In this document: positions 31,224 through 42,220 of the stretch, piece after piece | How positions within the stretch are numbered: the first letter of the stretch is position 1 | Layout of the letters: the number at the start of each line of letters is the position of its first letter | Source: Sedimentisphaerales bacterium | GTDB lineage: Bacteria; Planctomycetota; Phycisphaerae; Sedimentisphaerales; SM23-30 | Direction of reading: 5' to 3' | DNA: 64,000 bases | Assembly: GCA_963662515.1 (NCBI GenBank) | Contig: OY759675.1 | Span: 965,473-1,029,472, forward strand | Made by a program: the position numbers and the translations under genes | Notes under the pieces: generated by a model | Databases searched by the model: none | What the model was told of the DNA's origin: nothing | The model's input: only the letters and a program-made list of their open reading frames with translations

Positions 31224-32945
31224 ATGAGCGAAAACTGTAATTGCAATTGCGGTAATAATGATAATGTAAATCCTAATCGTGAGAGTCTGGACTTTGTCCG
31301 GCAGATAGTTGCTGATGACTGTGCCAGCGGCAAATGGGGCGGTCGGGTGGCAACTCGTTTTCCGCCGGAGCCTAATGGCTATTTGCATATAGGTCATGCT
31401 AAGAGCATTGTGCTTAATAGCGGCATTGCCCAGGAATTTGGCGGTTTATTTAACCTGCGTTTTGATGATACAAATCCGGTGAAGGAAGAGGATGAATATG
31501 TACAGTCGATAATGGCTGATGTAAAATGGCTCGGCGGTGACTGGCAGGACAGGCTTTATTTTGCCAGTGATTATTTTCAGCAGATGTATGACTGGGCCGT
31601 TGATTTGATTCGTAAGGGTAAGGCTTATGTCGATGATCTTACCCCCGAAGAGATAAGGCAGTATCGGGGTACTCTGACTGAGCCGGGCAGGCCAAGCCCC
31701 TATCGTGATCGCAGTGTAGAGGAGAATCTCGATCTGTTCGAGCGGATGAAGAACGGTGAATTTGCCAATGGGGCCAAGGTGTTGCGGGCTAAAATTGATA
31801 TGGCCAGTAATAATCTTAACCTGCGTGATCCGATCATGTATCGTATATTACATGCCAGTCATCATCGCACTGGCGATAAATGGTGCATTTATCCAATGTA
31901 CGACTGGGCGCATGGTCTGGAAGATTCTATTGAAAAAATAACTCATTCTATCTGTACTTTGGAATTTGAAAATCACAGGCCGCTTTATGACTGGTTTCTG
32001 GATCAGCTTGATGGTGTTTTTCACCCTCAGCAGATAGAGTTTGCCAGACTTAATCTTACCTACACGGTAATGAGCAAGCGTAAGCTGTTACAACTGGTAA
32101 CGGAAAAGCATGTTAACGGCTGGGATGACCCGCGTATGCCTACTGTTTCAGGTATGCGGCGGCGTGGCTATTCGCCGGAATGTATCCGCAGCTTCTGTAA
32201 GAAAGTTGGTGTGGCAAAGTTCAACAGTACGGTAGATGTTGCCTTGCTGGAGCATTGTGTGCGGGCGGAACTGAATAAGACATCATCTCGTTATATGGCG
32301 GTACTAGACCCGGTAAAGGTAGTTATTACAAATTATCCTGAAGGTCAGGTGGAGTATCTCGATGCGGTGAATAACCCGGAAGATGCCTCAGCGGGCAATC
32401 GTAAAGTTCCTTTTGGTCGTGAGATATACATCGAGCGGGATGATTTTATGGAAGATGCTCCTAAGAAATTCTTCCGCCTGACGCCGGGCCGTGAGGTTCG
32501 CCTGCGCTATGCTTATTTCATTACTTGTCAGAGTGTGGTAAAGGATGCCGCCGGTAATATTATCGAGATACACTGTACTTATGACCCGGCTACTCGTGGT
32601 GGTGATTCACCTGATGGCCGCAAGGTTAAAAGTACGATACACTGGGTATCGGCGGTGGAGAATGTCAAAGCCGAAGTCCGGATGTATGACCACTTATTCA
32701 GTAAGCCTGACCCGGAAGATGTGCCAGAGGGGCAGACTTTCCTCAATAGTATAAATCCTGACTCGCTTAAGGTTATCGAAAATGCTTTGCTGGAGCCGGA
32801 GCTGGGTAAACTCACTGCTGGTACCAGGGTGCAGTTTGAGCGGCTGGGCTATTTCTGCGTTGACCCGGATAGTACGCCGGAGAAGAAGGTATTTAATCTG
32901 ACCATTAATCTGCGTGATACCTGGGCCAAGGAGCAGGGTAAATAG
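31224..32945 (+). CDS. glnS: glutamine--tRNA ligase
   Basis: [17 protein letters not shown] (HIGH) and VMSKRK (KMSKS). Close collinearity with E. coli GlnS motifs. Confidence 0.95.
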   Translation: MSENCNCNCGNNDNVNPNRESLDFVRQIVADDCASGKWGGRVATRFPPEPNGYLHIGHAKSIVLNSGIAQEFGGLFNLRFDDTNPVKEEDEYVQSIMADVKWLGGDWQDRLYFASDYFQQMYDWAVDLIRKGKAYVDDLTPEEIRQYRGTLTEPGRPSPYRDRSVEENLDLFERMKNGEFANGAKVLRAKIDMASNNLNLRDPIMYRILHASHHRTGDKWCIYPMYDWAHGLEDSIEKITHSICTLEFENHRPLYDWFLDQLDGVFHPQQIEFARLNLTYTVMSKRKLLQLVTEKHVNGWDDPRMPTVSGMRRRGYSPECIRSFCKKVGVAKFNSTVDVALLEHCVRAELNKTSSRYMAVLDPVKVVITNYPEGQVEYLDAVNNPEDASAGNRKVPFGREIYIERDDFMEDAPKKFFRLTPGREVRLRYAYFITCQSVVKDAAGNIIEIHCTYDPATRGGDSPDGRKVKSTIHWVSAVENVKAEVRMYDHLFSKPDPEDVPEGQTFLNSINPDSLKVIENALLEPELGKLTAGTRVQFERLGYFCVDPDSTPEKKVFNLTINLRDTWAKEQGK

Positions 32946-32976
32946 AGATGCATAATTGCGTTTCTGCGAGGGTGCC

Positions 32977-33657
32977 ATGTCGATATATTTAATTACAGCA
33001 ATAGATACCGGTGTGGGCAAATCGGTTGTCACCGGAATGCTTGCCCGCCAGCTCATCCGGCAGGGGCGAGTGGTTATTACGGCGAAACCGGTGCAGACTG
33101 GCTGTGTTGGTATGGCAGAAGATATACTCACGCATCGCAGGCTGATGGGTACAGGTTTGTTGACTGAGGATAAACAGGGGCTTACCTGTAATTATACCTT
33201 TGCTATGCCGGCTTCACCGCATTTGGCTGCTCGTCAGGAAAATAAGACTATTGACCCGGCATTTATATCCGATTCTATAAAGAAACTATCTGCCAGTTAT
33301 GATACTGTTCTGGTTGAAGGGGCTGGCGGATTGCTGGTTCCCTTTACGGAAAAGTTCCTGGCCGTTGATCTGGCCTTCAGTAATAAATGGAAACTGATAA
33401 TAGTTACCACTCCCAGGCTGGGCAGTATTAATCATACTCTGCTGACCTTGTTCTGTGCCGCGAGTTTCGATTGTGAAGTGGCTGCTGTAGTATATAATCA
33501 TTATTGCCCGGAAGGTGAAAATGAACTTATAACACAAGATAGTCGTACTATTATCCAGACTCATCTTAAAATGCTCTTTCCCGGGGCCTGTTGGATAGAA
33601 ATGCCTGGAATTTCTGATTTTGATAACTTACCAGAGATTACCACGCTTAACATTTGA
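32977..33657 (+). CDS. bioD: dethiobiotin synthase
   Basis: MSIYLITAIDTGVGKS P-loop at the N-terminus and VEGAGG motif. GAGGG RBS before ATG 32977. Confidence 0.85.
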   Translation: MSIYLITAIDTGVGKSVVTGMLARQLIRQGRVVITAKPVQTGCVGMAEDILTHRRLMGTGLLTEDKQGLTCNYTFAMPASPHLAARQENKTIDPAFISDSIKKLSASYDTVLVEGAGGLLVPFTEKFLAVDLAFSNKWKLIIVTTPRLGSINHTLLTLFCAASFDCEVAAVVYNHYCPEGENELITQDSRTIIQTHLKMLFPGACWIEMPGISDFDNLPEITTLNI

Positions 33658-33666
33658 ATATTTAAT

Positions 33667-34941
33667 ATGGATCTTACCCCTGACAATCTGCTTGCTTTTG
33701 ATCGAGAGCATATTTGGCATCCTTATGCTTCTATGTCCTCGCCGCGTGAGGTTTACCCGGTGGTCAGGGCACAAGGTGCCGAGCTGGAGCTGGCTGATGG
33801 TCGTCGGCTTATTGATGGCATGAGTTCCTGGTGGTGTGCAGTGCATGGATATAATCACCCGGCATTAAATAAGGCAATAACTGACCAGCTTGCCGATATG
33901 GCTCATGTTATGTTCGGTGGTCTGACACACCGCCCGGCGGCTGAGCTGGTTGACAGGCTATTAAAAATGCTTCCACAGGGGCTGGATAAGGTCTTTCTCT
34001 CTGATTCTGGCTCGATCGCTGTTGAGGTGGCGATCAAAATGGCATTGCAATATTGGCAGGGTTTGGGACGCAAGAGCAAGACCCGGCTGGTTACTGTTCG
34101 GGGTGGTTATCATGGCGATACTATGGCGGCAATGAGTGTTTGCGATCCGATTTCCGGTATGCACAGTTTGTTTGCTGATATGCTGCCCAAGCATTATTTT
34201 GCCGAACGGCCTTCCTCCCGCTTTGATTCAGATTATGATTCCGGCAGCATAGCAAATCTGGGTAAAATATTAAAGAACCATGCTGGAAATATTGCCGCGG
34301 TAATAATTGAGCCAATAGTGCAGGGGGCTGGCGGAATGTGGTTCTATCATCGCCAATATCTCGCGGATCTGCGCCGTTTGTGTGATAAATACGATGTACT
34401 GCTGATCTGCGACGAGATAGCGACGGGATTTGGCAGGACTGGTAAGTTATTTGCCTGTCAGTGGGCAGATATTGTGCCGGACATTATGTGTCTGGGCAAA
34501 GCCCTCACCGGCGGTTATATGACTCTTGCTGCTACTGTTACCACTATGAAAGTTGCCGAGGGTATTTCGGCTAATGGTATGGGGTTTATGCATGGACCAA
34601 CATTTATGGCCAATCCGCTGGCTTGTGCTGTTGCTTGTGCAAGTCTGGATATTATAGCAACTGGCAAATGGCAGCAGCAGGTCGCCAACATGGAAGGGCG
34701 GCTCAGGGTGGGACTTGACCCTTTGCGTGAGCATGAGTCTGTTGTCGATGTAAGGGTCCTGGGTGCTATTGGAGTAGTTGAACTGCAAGAGCCGGTTAAG
34801 GTAGCTGAACTTCAGGGAAAATTTGTAGAGCAGGGAGTTTGGGTGCGTCCGTTTTCCAATATTATTTATCTTATGCCAGCCTATATTCTTAGGACGCAAG
34901 ATATTGACAAACTGACAAATGCAATAGTTAATGTGTTATAA
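33667..34941 (+). CDS. bioA: adenosylmethionine-8-amino-7-oxononanoate aminotransferase
   Basis: LAFDREHIWHPYASM...DGMSSWWCAVHGYNHP...FGGLTH is near-collinear with E. coli BioA. PLP lysine region CLGKALTGG. Confidence 0.9.
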   Translation: MDLTPDNLLAFDREHIWHPYASMSSPREVYPVVRAQGAELELADGRRLIDGMSSWWCAVHGYNHPALNKAITDQLADMAHVMFGGLTHRPAAELVDRLLKMLPQGLDKVFLSDSGSIAVEVAIKMALQYWQGLGRKSKTRLVTVRGGYHGDTMAAMSVCDPISGMHSLFADMLPKHYFAERPSSRFDSDYDSGSIANLGKILKNHAGNIAAVIIEPIVQGAGGMWFYHRQYLADLRRLCDKYDVLLICDEIATGFGRTGKLFACQWADIVPDIMCLGKALTGGYMTLAATVTTMKVAEGISANGMGFMHGPTFMANPLACAVACASLDIIATGKWQQQVANMEGRLRVGLDPLREHESVVDVRVLGAIGVVELQEPVKVAELQGKFVEQGVWVRPFSNIIYLMPAYILRTQDIDKLTNAIVNVL

Positions 34942-35013
34942 CTGCTTGATAATGCAGTAGTTAGTTATTGTTTATATGTTTTGTCCATTTAAGCTTTTCA
35001 ATATGGTTTGACA

Positions 35014-37191
35014 ATGTCTGATATAAAAGTTATTAGACTTAATGCTGCCATTGAAACAGACGATTATGCCTGTGGTGCGGCTATGTATGGAATTATTAAC
35101 AAAAACGAACTGGTTTACTTCATAATTATACTAATATTAGGCTTTATAGCATCTATAACTAGTGGCCAGGGTAATTTATTAATGGCAGATACAGCTTCGG
35201 CAGATAATGTCAGTGCTGTGATTGCCTCTGGTAGCGAGACTGACTCTGGTAGTGGGGATTATCTGGACTTATCGCTGGAAGAGCTGGTTGAAATGCCAGT
35301 GGTAGTAACCGCTTCGCGAGCTGCGTATCAGATCAATAAGAGTACTATTCCGATATCAATTATTACCGCGGAAGATATTCATTATAGTGGCCTGACCAGT
35401 ATTTCAGATATTCTTCGTTTTGCGCCCGGCATGGATGTGCTTCCCAATCGTCGGGGCTTTACAGTGTCAGCAGTAAGAGGGTTTCATGATAATCTGTCAG
35501 AAAGAACTTTGGTTCTGATCGATGGCCGGCCTATGAATAATCCTTATTATGGCGGTTCAGATTATTTCCGATTTCCGATCAGTACCCAAGATATAGAGCG
35601 GATCGAGATCCTGCGTGGCCCGGGCGGGGCTGCCTGGGGTGCAAATGCCTTTACTGGTGTAGTGAATATAATCACCAGGAAACCGCAGAAAAGTCCTGAG
35701 GTTATATCAACGACAACTATAACGGAATTTAATGATATTTATAACAGTTTGCAGTATAGTTTTGGCAATGATACGATCAGAAATCGGTTTTCGCTCAATT
35801 ATAATGATATAGTCAGTTCGGCAGAGGCTGGTTATGGCGATGTTATATTCAGGAATGAGTCGCTAGGTTTGGTTCTTAATCGGAGTGATTATTATGATAA
35901 GGATTTTTTCCGTCAGAGTGCTTTTAATTATGGCAGTAATGTGACTCTGACTGAAGATAATATACTGGATTATGGTGTAGGATATTCTGATGTTGAGACT
36001 GGCAGTATAGAGTTTCTTGGTATTCCCTCTGTTAAGGATTTTTATGCAAGAACGCTTATTTCGCATGTAAAGCTGGAGCATAAGTTCGATGAAGAAACTT
36101 CTGCTTATATTCAATGTCGTTATGATCGTTATGAAATGTTCAATATGTCAGCAGCGAACTATAAATCTGACGAATTTGGACTGGATGGACAATATAGTTT
36201 TGTTCCCTTTGACGACCATGAATCGCAGTTTGGAGCTGATCTACACTTTTCAGATATGAAAATGAATTTTGTCGGAGATACTCAGACAAAGTTTGATAAT
36301 GATCATAACTATCAATATCAAGCAGGAGCGTTTGTTATCGATCGCTGGAAGTATGATGATTACTGGACATTTGAGGGCCAGTTCAGGGGCGATTATTTTT
36401 CCGAAAATAAAAACGAACTGGGTAGCAGGCTGACCGCCTTGCGTTTTCTGGATGAGGGTCAGAGTCGGGCATTGCGATTCAGTGCCGGTCGTTCATATCG
36501 CACACCCATGATCTTTTTGCGGGGAAGTAGTCAGGCAGCTATATATCTGGCTCCGAATCTGTACTATACTAATCTGTCAGAGGCTGATGACCTTAAAAAT
36601 GAGAAGATCGTTTTTTTTGAGGCTGGTTATCAACAGACGGTAATAGATAATACGGTATTTAACATAAACAGCTATTATCAGCAGATGGATGATATGATCG
36701 GTCTGCGATTATTGGATGATCCGCTGGGGCTGGGGCGGCGATTTACTCAGTTCTATAATCAAGGCAAGATCGGTGCCTACGGCGTCGAGTGTGACCTTGA
36801 ACGAAGATTTAAGTATGCCAGATTGTCTGTCTGGTTTGCTTATAATGATATTCAGAACAGGTATCCGGAACAGGATTTCAGGTCATATTCTCCTTCAAAG
36901 TATAAGACAGGTTTGTCCTGGCGTTATTTTATTAATGACTACTGGGTAGTGAACAGCAACTATCAATATGCCGGGCAGGCAATTTCTTATTCTGATATTC
37001 CTGATATCGAGCCTAATCATAGGCTTGATATTTCTATTAGCAGAAAATTTAACAATAACAAAGGCGAATTCATGATTGGAGTCAGTGATATCATAAATAG
37101 TGATAATAATGCCCATCTTGGCTTTGGTCAGTTTACTGCTAATACCACGCCTGGAAGAATGTTTTTTGCTCGTTTGCAATTGAAATTCTAA
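35014..37191 (+). CDS. TonB-dependent outer-membrane receptor
   Basis: TonB-box-like EMPVVVTASR. Plug motif IERIEILRGPGGAAWGANAFTGVVNIITR. Beta-barrel body with terminal aromatic residue (..LQLKF). Start is uncertain: 35008 TTG, 35014 ATG or 35083 ATG. Confidence 0.8.
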   Translation: MSDIKVIRLNAAIETDDYACGAAMYGIINKNELVYFIIILILGFIASITSGQGNLLMADTASADNVSAVIASGSETDSGSGDYLDLSLEELVEMPVVVTASRAAYQINKSTIPISIITAEDIHYSGLTSISDILRFAPGMDVLPNRRGFTVSAVRGFHDNLSERTLVLIDGRPMNNPYYGGSDYFRFPISTQDIERIEILRGPGGAAWGANAFTGVVNIITRKPQKSPEVISTTTITEFNDIYNSLQYSFGNDTIRNRFSLNYNDIVSSAEAGYGDVIFRNESLGLVLNRSDYYDKDFFRQSAFNYGSNVTLTEDNILDYGVGYSDVETGSIEFLGIPSVKDFYARTLISHVKLEHKFDEETSAYIQCRYDRYEMFNMSAANYKSDEFGLDGQYSFVPFDDHESQFGADLHFSDMKMNFVGDTQTKFDNDHNYQYQAGAFVIDRWKYDDYWTFEGQFRGDYFSENKNELGSRLTALRFLDEGQSRALRFSAGRSYRTPMIFLRGSSQAAIYLAPNLYYTNLSEADDLKNEKIVFFEAGYQQTVIDNTVFNINSYYQQMDDMIGLRLLDDPLGLGRRFTQFYNQGKIGAYGVECDLERRFKYARLSVWFAYNDIQNRYPEQDFRSYSPSKYKTGLSWRYFINDYWVVNSNYQYAGQAISYSDIPDIEPNHRLDISISRKFNNNKGEFMIGVSDIINSDNNAHLGFGQFTANTTPGRMFFARLQLKF

Positions 37192-37331
37192 GAATACATG
37201 CTGGCTGACATATTTTTATATCTGCTTGTAATGTTCTTATAAATAAGATCTTATATGATTTTTTGCTATGTCTTTTCGGTTATTCATCTTTAATTGTTAA
37301 AAAAATATCGATAAAAAAATATCTAATGGTA

Positions 37332-37360
37332 TTGACAATGTGTAATTGTTATTGTAATAT
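37332..37360 (+). promoter_or_regulatory. sigma70-like promoter upstream of adhE
   Basis: TTGACA (37332-37337), 17 nt spacer, TAATAT (37355-37360), about 100 nt upstream of the adhE ATG. Confidence 0.5.
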
Positions 37361-37459
37361 CGATATAGAAATAACGATTACTGGATTGTAGCTGTTATTT
37401 CAAATTGTCAGAAGTAGAAAGTAGATATTATTGAGCTAGTAAAACAGGAGATACAGACA

Positions 37460-40078
37460 ATGGCGACAGCAAAAGCAGTAGAGAAAAAAGACAAGCCCGA
37501 AGTGGCTGGTGAGGCAGAAAAGATAAAAGAACTGGTAGCCCGGGTCAGAGCGGCTCAGGAGAAATATGCTTCATATACGCAAAAGCAGGTGGATTATATT
37601 TTTCGTGAGGCAGCAATGGCGGCAAATGCCATGCGTATTCCTCTGGCCAAAGCAGCGGCAACTGAGACCGGCATGGGCATAGCTGAAGATAAGGTTATCA
37701 AGAATCATTTTGCCAGTGAGTTTATTTATAATAAGTTCAAAGATACACCTACCTGCGAGATAATAGAGCGGGATGATACTTATGGTATTCGTAAGGTCGC
37801 TGAACCTATAGGTGTGCTGGCAGGTGTTGTGCCTACGACTAATCCGACTTCAACGGCGATATTCAAGGCATTGATAGCATTGAAGACCCGTAATGGTATT
37901 ATCTTTTCACCGCATCCCCGGGCTAAGAACTGTACTATTGAGGCTGCCCGCATAGTGTTAGATGCGGCTGTTAAGGCAGGTGCTCCGGCGGATATTATAG
38001 GCTGGGTCGATGTGCCTACGGTTGAAGCCAGTCGGGTGCTGATGTCATCAGTTGATATGATATTGGCTACTGGCGGGCCAGGTATGGTGCAGGCGGCATA
38101 TTCTTCTGGCCGGCCGGCTATTGGTGTAGGTGCTGGCAATACCCCGGCGGTTATTGATGAAACTGCCAATATACCTATGGCAGTTAATTCAGTGCTTATC
38201 AGTAAGACATTTGATAATGGTATGATCTGTGCTTCAGAACAGTCTATTATCGCTGTGGCTGATGTTTATGCCAATGTTAAGGATGAGTTTCTCAAGAGAG
38301 GGGCTTATATTCTGAATGCTAAGGAGAAACAGGCTTTAGGAAAGGTGATAGTAAATGATGGTAAACTTAATGCAGCTATTGTTGGTCAGCCTGCTGTTAA
38401 AATTGCTGAGCTGGCGGGATTGAAAGTGCCTGCTGAGACCAAGGTGCTTATTGCTGAAGCTGAGGTAATAGGAGCCCAAGAGCCTTTTAGTTATGAGAAG
38501 CTCTCGCCGGTATTGGCTCTGTATAAGGCGAAGGATTATGCTGATGCCTTTGATAAAGCCGAACAGTTGGTTAAGTTCGGTGGCCGGGGGCATACTGCGG
38601 TGTTATATACAGACCAGGGTAAAGCTGACCGTATAGAGGAATTTGGCCAGAGGATCAATACTGGTCGTGTTCTTATCAATCAGCCCTCAAGTCATGGTGC
38701 TATTGGTGATATTTATAACTTCAGACTTGAACCATCTCTTACTCTGGGGTGCGGAAGCTGGGGAGGAAATGCTGTCAGTGAAAATGTCGGAGTAAGGCAC
38801 TTGCTCAATATTAAGACAATATCAGAAAGGCGTGAAAATATGCTCTGGTTCCGTGTACCTGAAAAAATATACTTTAAGAGAGGCTGTCTGCCAATCGCCC
38901 TGGGTGATCTGGCCGGCAAGCAGAGGGCGTTTGTTGTAACTGATAAACCGCTATTTGACCTGGGCATAGTTGATAAGGTAACCGCTATATTAGAAAATAT
39001 GGGTATAGAAACTGATGTATTCTATGATGTTCTGCCTGATCCGGACATTACCACAGTTAAGGCTGGTGTCAAGCGTATGGAACGATTCAGCCCTGATGTA
39101 ATTATTGCAGTTGGCGGCGGCAGCCCGATGGACGCAGCCAAGATCATGTGGCTTATGTACGAAAGCCCGGATGTGGAGTTTGATGACATGGCAATGCGTT
39201 TTATGGATATTCGCAAACGCGTATATAAGTTCCCTCAGTTGGGCCGCAAGGCTACTATGATCGCTATTCCGACAACATCTGGTACAGGCAGTGAAGTTAC
39301 TCCATTTGCGGTAGTTACTGATGATGCCACTGGCAGGAAGTATCCGATAGCCGATTATGAGCTTACGCCGGATATGGCCATTTGTGATGCCGACCTGGTT
39401 ATGACCATGCCAAAGGGCCTGACTGCCTTTTCTGGTATCGATGCTCTTACCCATGCCCTGGAGGCTATGGTGGCTGTTACTGCAACTGACTATACCAATG
39501 CTATGGCTCTGGAAGCGATACGCATATTGTTCAAGTATCTGCCGGCGGCTTATAATGAAGGTGCAAATAATATTCGTGCCCGCGAAAAAGTACACAATGC
39601 TGCAACGATGGCTGGTATGGCCTTTGCTAACGCATTCCTTGGTATATGTCATTCTATGGCGCATAAGCTGGGTGCAAAACACCATTTACCCCATGGGCTG
39701 GCCAATGCTCTGCTCATAAATGAGGTGATCCGCTTTAATGCTTCTGATAACCCCACCAAACAGGCAGCTTTTGCCCAGTATGAATACCCCGATGCCAAAG
39801 GACGCTATGCCCGCATAGCCCGTTATCTGGGGCTGGCAGGCAAGAATGACGATGAGTTAGTTGAAGCCCTTATTGCTGAGATTGGTAAGCTCAAAAAGGC
39901 TCTTGATATCCCGGCTTCGATCTATCTGGCTGGCGTAACCGAAAAGGCATTTGCCGACAGTCTTGATGAACTCAGTGAGATGGCTTTTGATGACCAGTGT
40001 ACCGGATGTAACCCGCGTTATCCGCTGATTGCTGAGATAAAGCAATTATATATCAATGCCTTTGCCGCTCCTCAATAA
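37460..40078 (+). CDS. adhE: bifunctional acetaldehyde-CoA / alcohol dehydrogenase
   Basis: 872 aa. N-terminal ALDH domain with catalytic Cys region (NGMICASEQS). C-terminal iron-ADH domain (GGGSPMDAAK, CHSMAHKLGAKHHLPHG). Confidence 0.95.
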   Translation: MATAKAVEKKDKPEVAGEAEKIKELVARVRAAQEKYASYTQKQVDYIFREAAMAANAMRIPLAKAAATETGMGIAEDKVIKNHFASEFIYNKFKDTPTCEIIERDDTYGIRKVAEPIGVLAGVVPTTNPTSTAIFKALIALKTRNGIIFSPHPRAKNCTIEAARIVLDAAVKAGAPADIIGWVDVPTVEASRVLMSSVDMILATGGPGMVQAAYSSGRPAIGVGAGNTPAVIDETANIPMAVNSVLISKTFDNGMICASEQSIIAVADVYANVKDEFLKRGAYILNAKEKQALGKVIVNDGKLNAAIVGQPAVKIAELAGLKVPAETKVLIAEAEVIGAQEPFSYEKLSPVLALYKAKDYADAFDKAEQLVKFGGRGHTAVLYTDQGKADRIEEFGQRINTGRVLINQPSSHGAIGDIYNFRLEPSLTLGCGSWGGNAVSENVGVRHLLNIKTISERRENMLWFRVPEKIYFKRGCLPIALGDLAGKQRAFVVTDKPLFDLGIVDKVTAILENMGIETDVFYDVLPDPDITTVKAGVKRMERFSPDVIIAVGGGSPMDAAKIMWLMYESPDVEFDDMAMRFMDIRKRVYKFPQLGRKATMIAIPTTSGTGSEVTPFAVVTDDATGRKYPIADYELTPDMAICDADLVMTMPKGLTAFSGIDALTHALEAMVAVTATDYTNAMALEAIRILFKYLPAAYNEGANNIRAREKVHNAATMAGMAFANAFLGICHSMAHKLGAKHHLPHGLANALLINEVIRFNASDNPTKQAAFAQYEYPDAKGRYARIARYLGLAGKNDDELVEALIAEIGKLKKALDIPASIYLAGVTEKAFADSLDELSEMAFDDQCTGCNPRYPLIAEIKQLYINAFAAPQ

Positions 40079-40146
40079 GATTTGATGTATTTGTCTTATT
40101 GCCAGTCAAGGCATATCTGATATTTGATCTCTATGAAATCAATTGA

Positions 40147-40195
40147 CGGCCCTGTATGTGTAGTATGTCATACAGGGCCGCTGTTGAATGTTTTA
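40147..40195 (+). terminator. rho-independent terminator after adhE
   Basis: 12-bp stem CGGCCCTGTATG / CATACAGGGCCG with a 10-nt loop, followed by a T-containing tail. Confidence 0.7.
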
Positions 40196-40235
40196 CCTGG
40201 TGTTAAATCAGGCCTGAATTGAAAAGTAAATAATA

Positions 40236-40505
40236 ATGAAGAAGATAGTGATATGTATGGGGAGTTCCTGTTTTTCCAGGGGGAATGAACAGAACCTGGA
40301 TAATCTTGAGCGTTTGATAGACCGGGGGATTATCTCTGGGGAAATAGACTTATCCGGCAGTCGCTGCGAAGGTAAGTGTCACACCGGTCCTATAATCGGT
40401 ATTGATGAAAAAATTTATTGTAATGTTATACCTGATGCTTTGCCGGAAATAATTCTGCATGAATTTGGTGTTATGATAGATAGCGAAGGAAATAGTATTA
40501 AATGA
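40236..40505 (+). CDS. small thioredoxin-like [2Fe-2S] ferredoxin (NuoE/HfsA-like)
   Basis: 89 aa. Cys pattern ICMGSSC...SRCEGKC. The stop overlaps the next gene's start (ATGA at 40502-40505). Confidence 0.7.
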   Translation: MKKIVICMGSSCFSRGNEQNLDNLERLIDRGIISGEIDLSGSRCEGKCHTGPIIGIDEKIYCNVIPDALPEIILHEFGVMIDSEGNSIK

Positions 40506-42220
40506 ACAGGAAATATCCGGTTTATACAGCCCAGACTCAATGTCAGGATTGCTATAAATGTGTGCGGGAATGTCATGTTAAGGCTATTCGGGTTGAAAAT
40601 CATCATGCCAGTGTTTTGACCGAATATTGTGTAAGTTGTGGTCATTGTGTTGATGTCTGCCCGGCAGGAGCTAAACATATTCGCGATGATGTCAGCAGAC
40701 TTAAGCTTATGCTCAAAGCACAGGATCAGATATTTGTTTCTCTGGCTCCCTCATGGGTATGCGAATTTCCCGGCATAAAACCAGAAGTGATAATAGCTGC
40801 GATAAAACAACTGGGTTTTGCCGGTGTAAGTGAGACTGCCCTGGGGGCGGAAGTTGTTTCTTATAAGATAAAAGATATGCTCAGAAGGCAGCGAGGCGGT
40901 TTGTATATCTCTTCTGCCTGTCCATCGGCTGTGGAATATATTCGTCGTTACCGTCCCGATCTGTGCAGTAATCTCACCAGTTTGTTTTCGCCGCTGTTGG
41001 CTCATGCCAGAATGCTAAAGGCTGAGTTTGGGGCAGGTGCAAGGGTTGTATTTTTTGGCCCTTGTGTCGCAAAAAAACTTGAGGCAGATAATAATGCGGA
41101 TCTACTCGATCTGGCTCTTACTTTTTCCGACTTGCGGCAATTGCTTACTGAAGCAAATATTGATATTGATGCATTGAAACCTGATAGTGACAACTGGCTT
41201 GTTGGACAGGCTGGTGATGGTCATTATTATCCGGTTGAAGGAGGAATGAATCGCACAATTACCGATGTGCCAGATGCTGAGTTGATATGTATTTCAGGTA
41301 TTGACCGCTTTAATGAGGAACTTGGCGGTTTGGTTCAGTTGTCTCAGGAGCGGGCTGTTTTCATTGAGCTTTTGGCTTGTTCTGGTGGTTGCGTGAACGG
41401 CCCGGGTATGACTAATCGAATAGAAGCCGGCTTGAGCAGAAAGCTCAGGATATTGAGTCAGCAGTCGGTCGGTAACCGATTCTCTGACTTTGGCAATATT
41501 GATATTAAGGCGGCTTTTGAGCGTTCTTATCTGCCGGTAAATGCGTTTAGTGATTATGAGGTTAAAAAGGCATTAGCTACTGTCGATAAACACAGCCATA
41601 GTGATGAATTGAATTGCGGCGGGTGTGGTTACGAAACCTGCCGGGAATTTGCTTTTGCTATGCTGAATGGCAATGCCGAGCCTGACATGTGCGTTTCGTT
41701 TATGAGAAACAAGGCTCAGAATAAAGCTAATGCCCTTTTACGCTGTATGCCTTCTGGGGTGGTAATAGTTAACAGCAAGCTGGAGATAATGGAATGCAAT
41801 AAGCCTTTTGCCGAGATGTTCGATGAGGATACCAGGTTGGCTTTTGACAGTATTGACACTCTCGAGGGAGCTAATGTTAATCATGTTGTGCCTTTTGCTG
41901 GTTTATTCAGATTGGCACTGCATACCGGTGAAGAAATATTTCGTCAGCGATATGTAGCAGGTGACCGAATATTTAATCTGACTATTTTTTCGATTCAGAC
42001 CGGGCAGATAGTGGGGGCGGTAATACAGGATGTGACAGAAATACAGTGGCAAAGACAGCAGATCGCTCAAAAGGCTCGCGAGGTACTGAGAAAGAATCTG
42101 GCTACTGTGCAGAATATTGCCTGTAGCCTGGGTGAGCATATGGCAGATACCGAGGTTCTGCTTAATTCAATTGCAAACAGCTATACTGATGGCAGTGAAG
42201 AGGCCGGTAAAAATGGATAA
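40502..42220 (+). CDS. hydS: sensory [FeFe]-hydrogenase homologue with C-terminal PAS domain (HydS / HfsB-like, group C)
   Basis: Two CxxCxxCxxxC ferredoxin motifs. H-cluster motifs are altered to SSACPS, FGPCVAKKLE and ELLACSGGCVNGPG. Cx2Cx4Cx16C motif (CGGCGYETC...C), then a PAS-like region. Confidence 0.85.
   Translation: MNRKYPVYTAQTQCQDCYKCVRECHVKAIRVENHHASVLTEYCVSCGHCVDVCPAGAKHIRDDVSRLKLMLKAQDQIFVSLAPSWVCEFPGIKPEVIIAAIKQLGFAGVSETALGAEVVSYKIKDMLRRQRGGLYISSACPSAVEYIRRYRPDLCSNLTSLFSPLLAHARMLKAEFGAGARVVFFGPCVAKKLEADNNADLLDLALTFSDLRQLLTEANIDIDALKPDSDNWLVGQAGDGHYYPVEGGMNRTITDVPDAELICISGIDRFNEELGGLVQLSQERAVFIELLACSGGCVNGPGMTNRIEAGLSRKLRILSQQSVGNRFSDFGNIDIKAAFERSYLPVNAFSDYEVKKALATVDKHSHSDELNCGGCGYETCREFAFAMLNGNAEPDMCVSFMRNKAQNKANALLRCMPSGVVIVNSKLEIMECNKPFAEMFDEDTRLAFDSIDTLEGANVNHVVPFAGLFRLALHTGEEIFRQRYVAGDRIFNLTIFSIQTGQIVGAVIQDVTEIQWQRQQIAQKAREVLRKNLATVQNIACSLGEHMADTEVLLNSIANSYTDGSEEAGKNG

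Noticed and set aside
37200-37459. Rex operator search upstream of adhE and of the hydS operon (40196-40235). This includes the perfect 12-nt palindrome ATAAGATCTTAT (37243-37254) and TTGTAATGTTCTTATAAA (37226-37243).
   Set aside because: The best candidates match only about 9 of 14 consensus positions of TTGTGAA-N4-TTCACAA. The 12-nt palindrome has no TTGT/ACAA arms. This is not enough to call a Rex box without a genome-specific motif.
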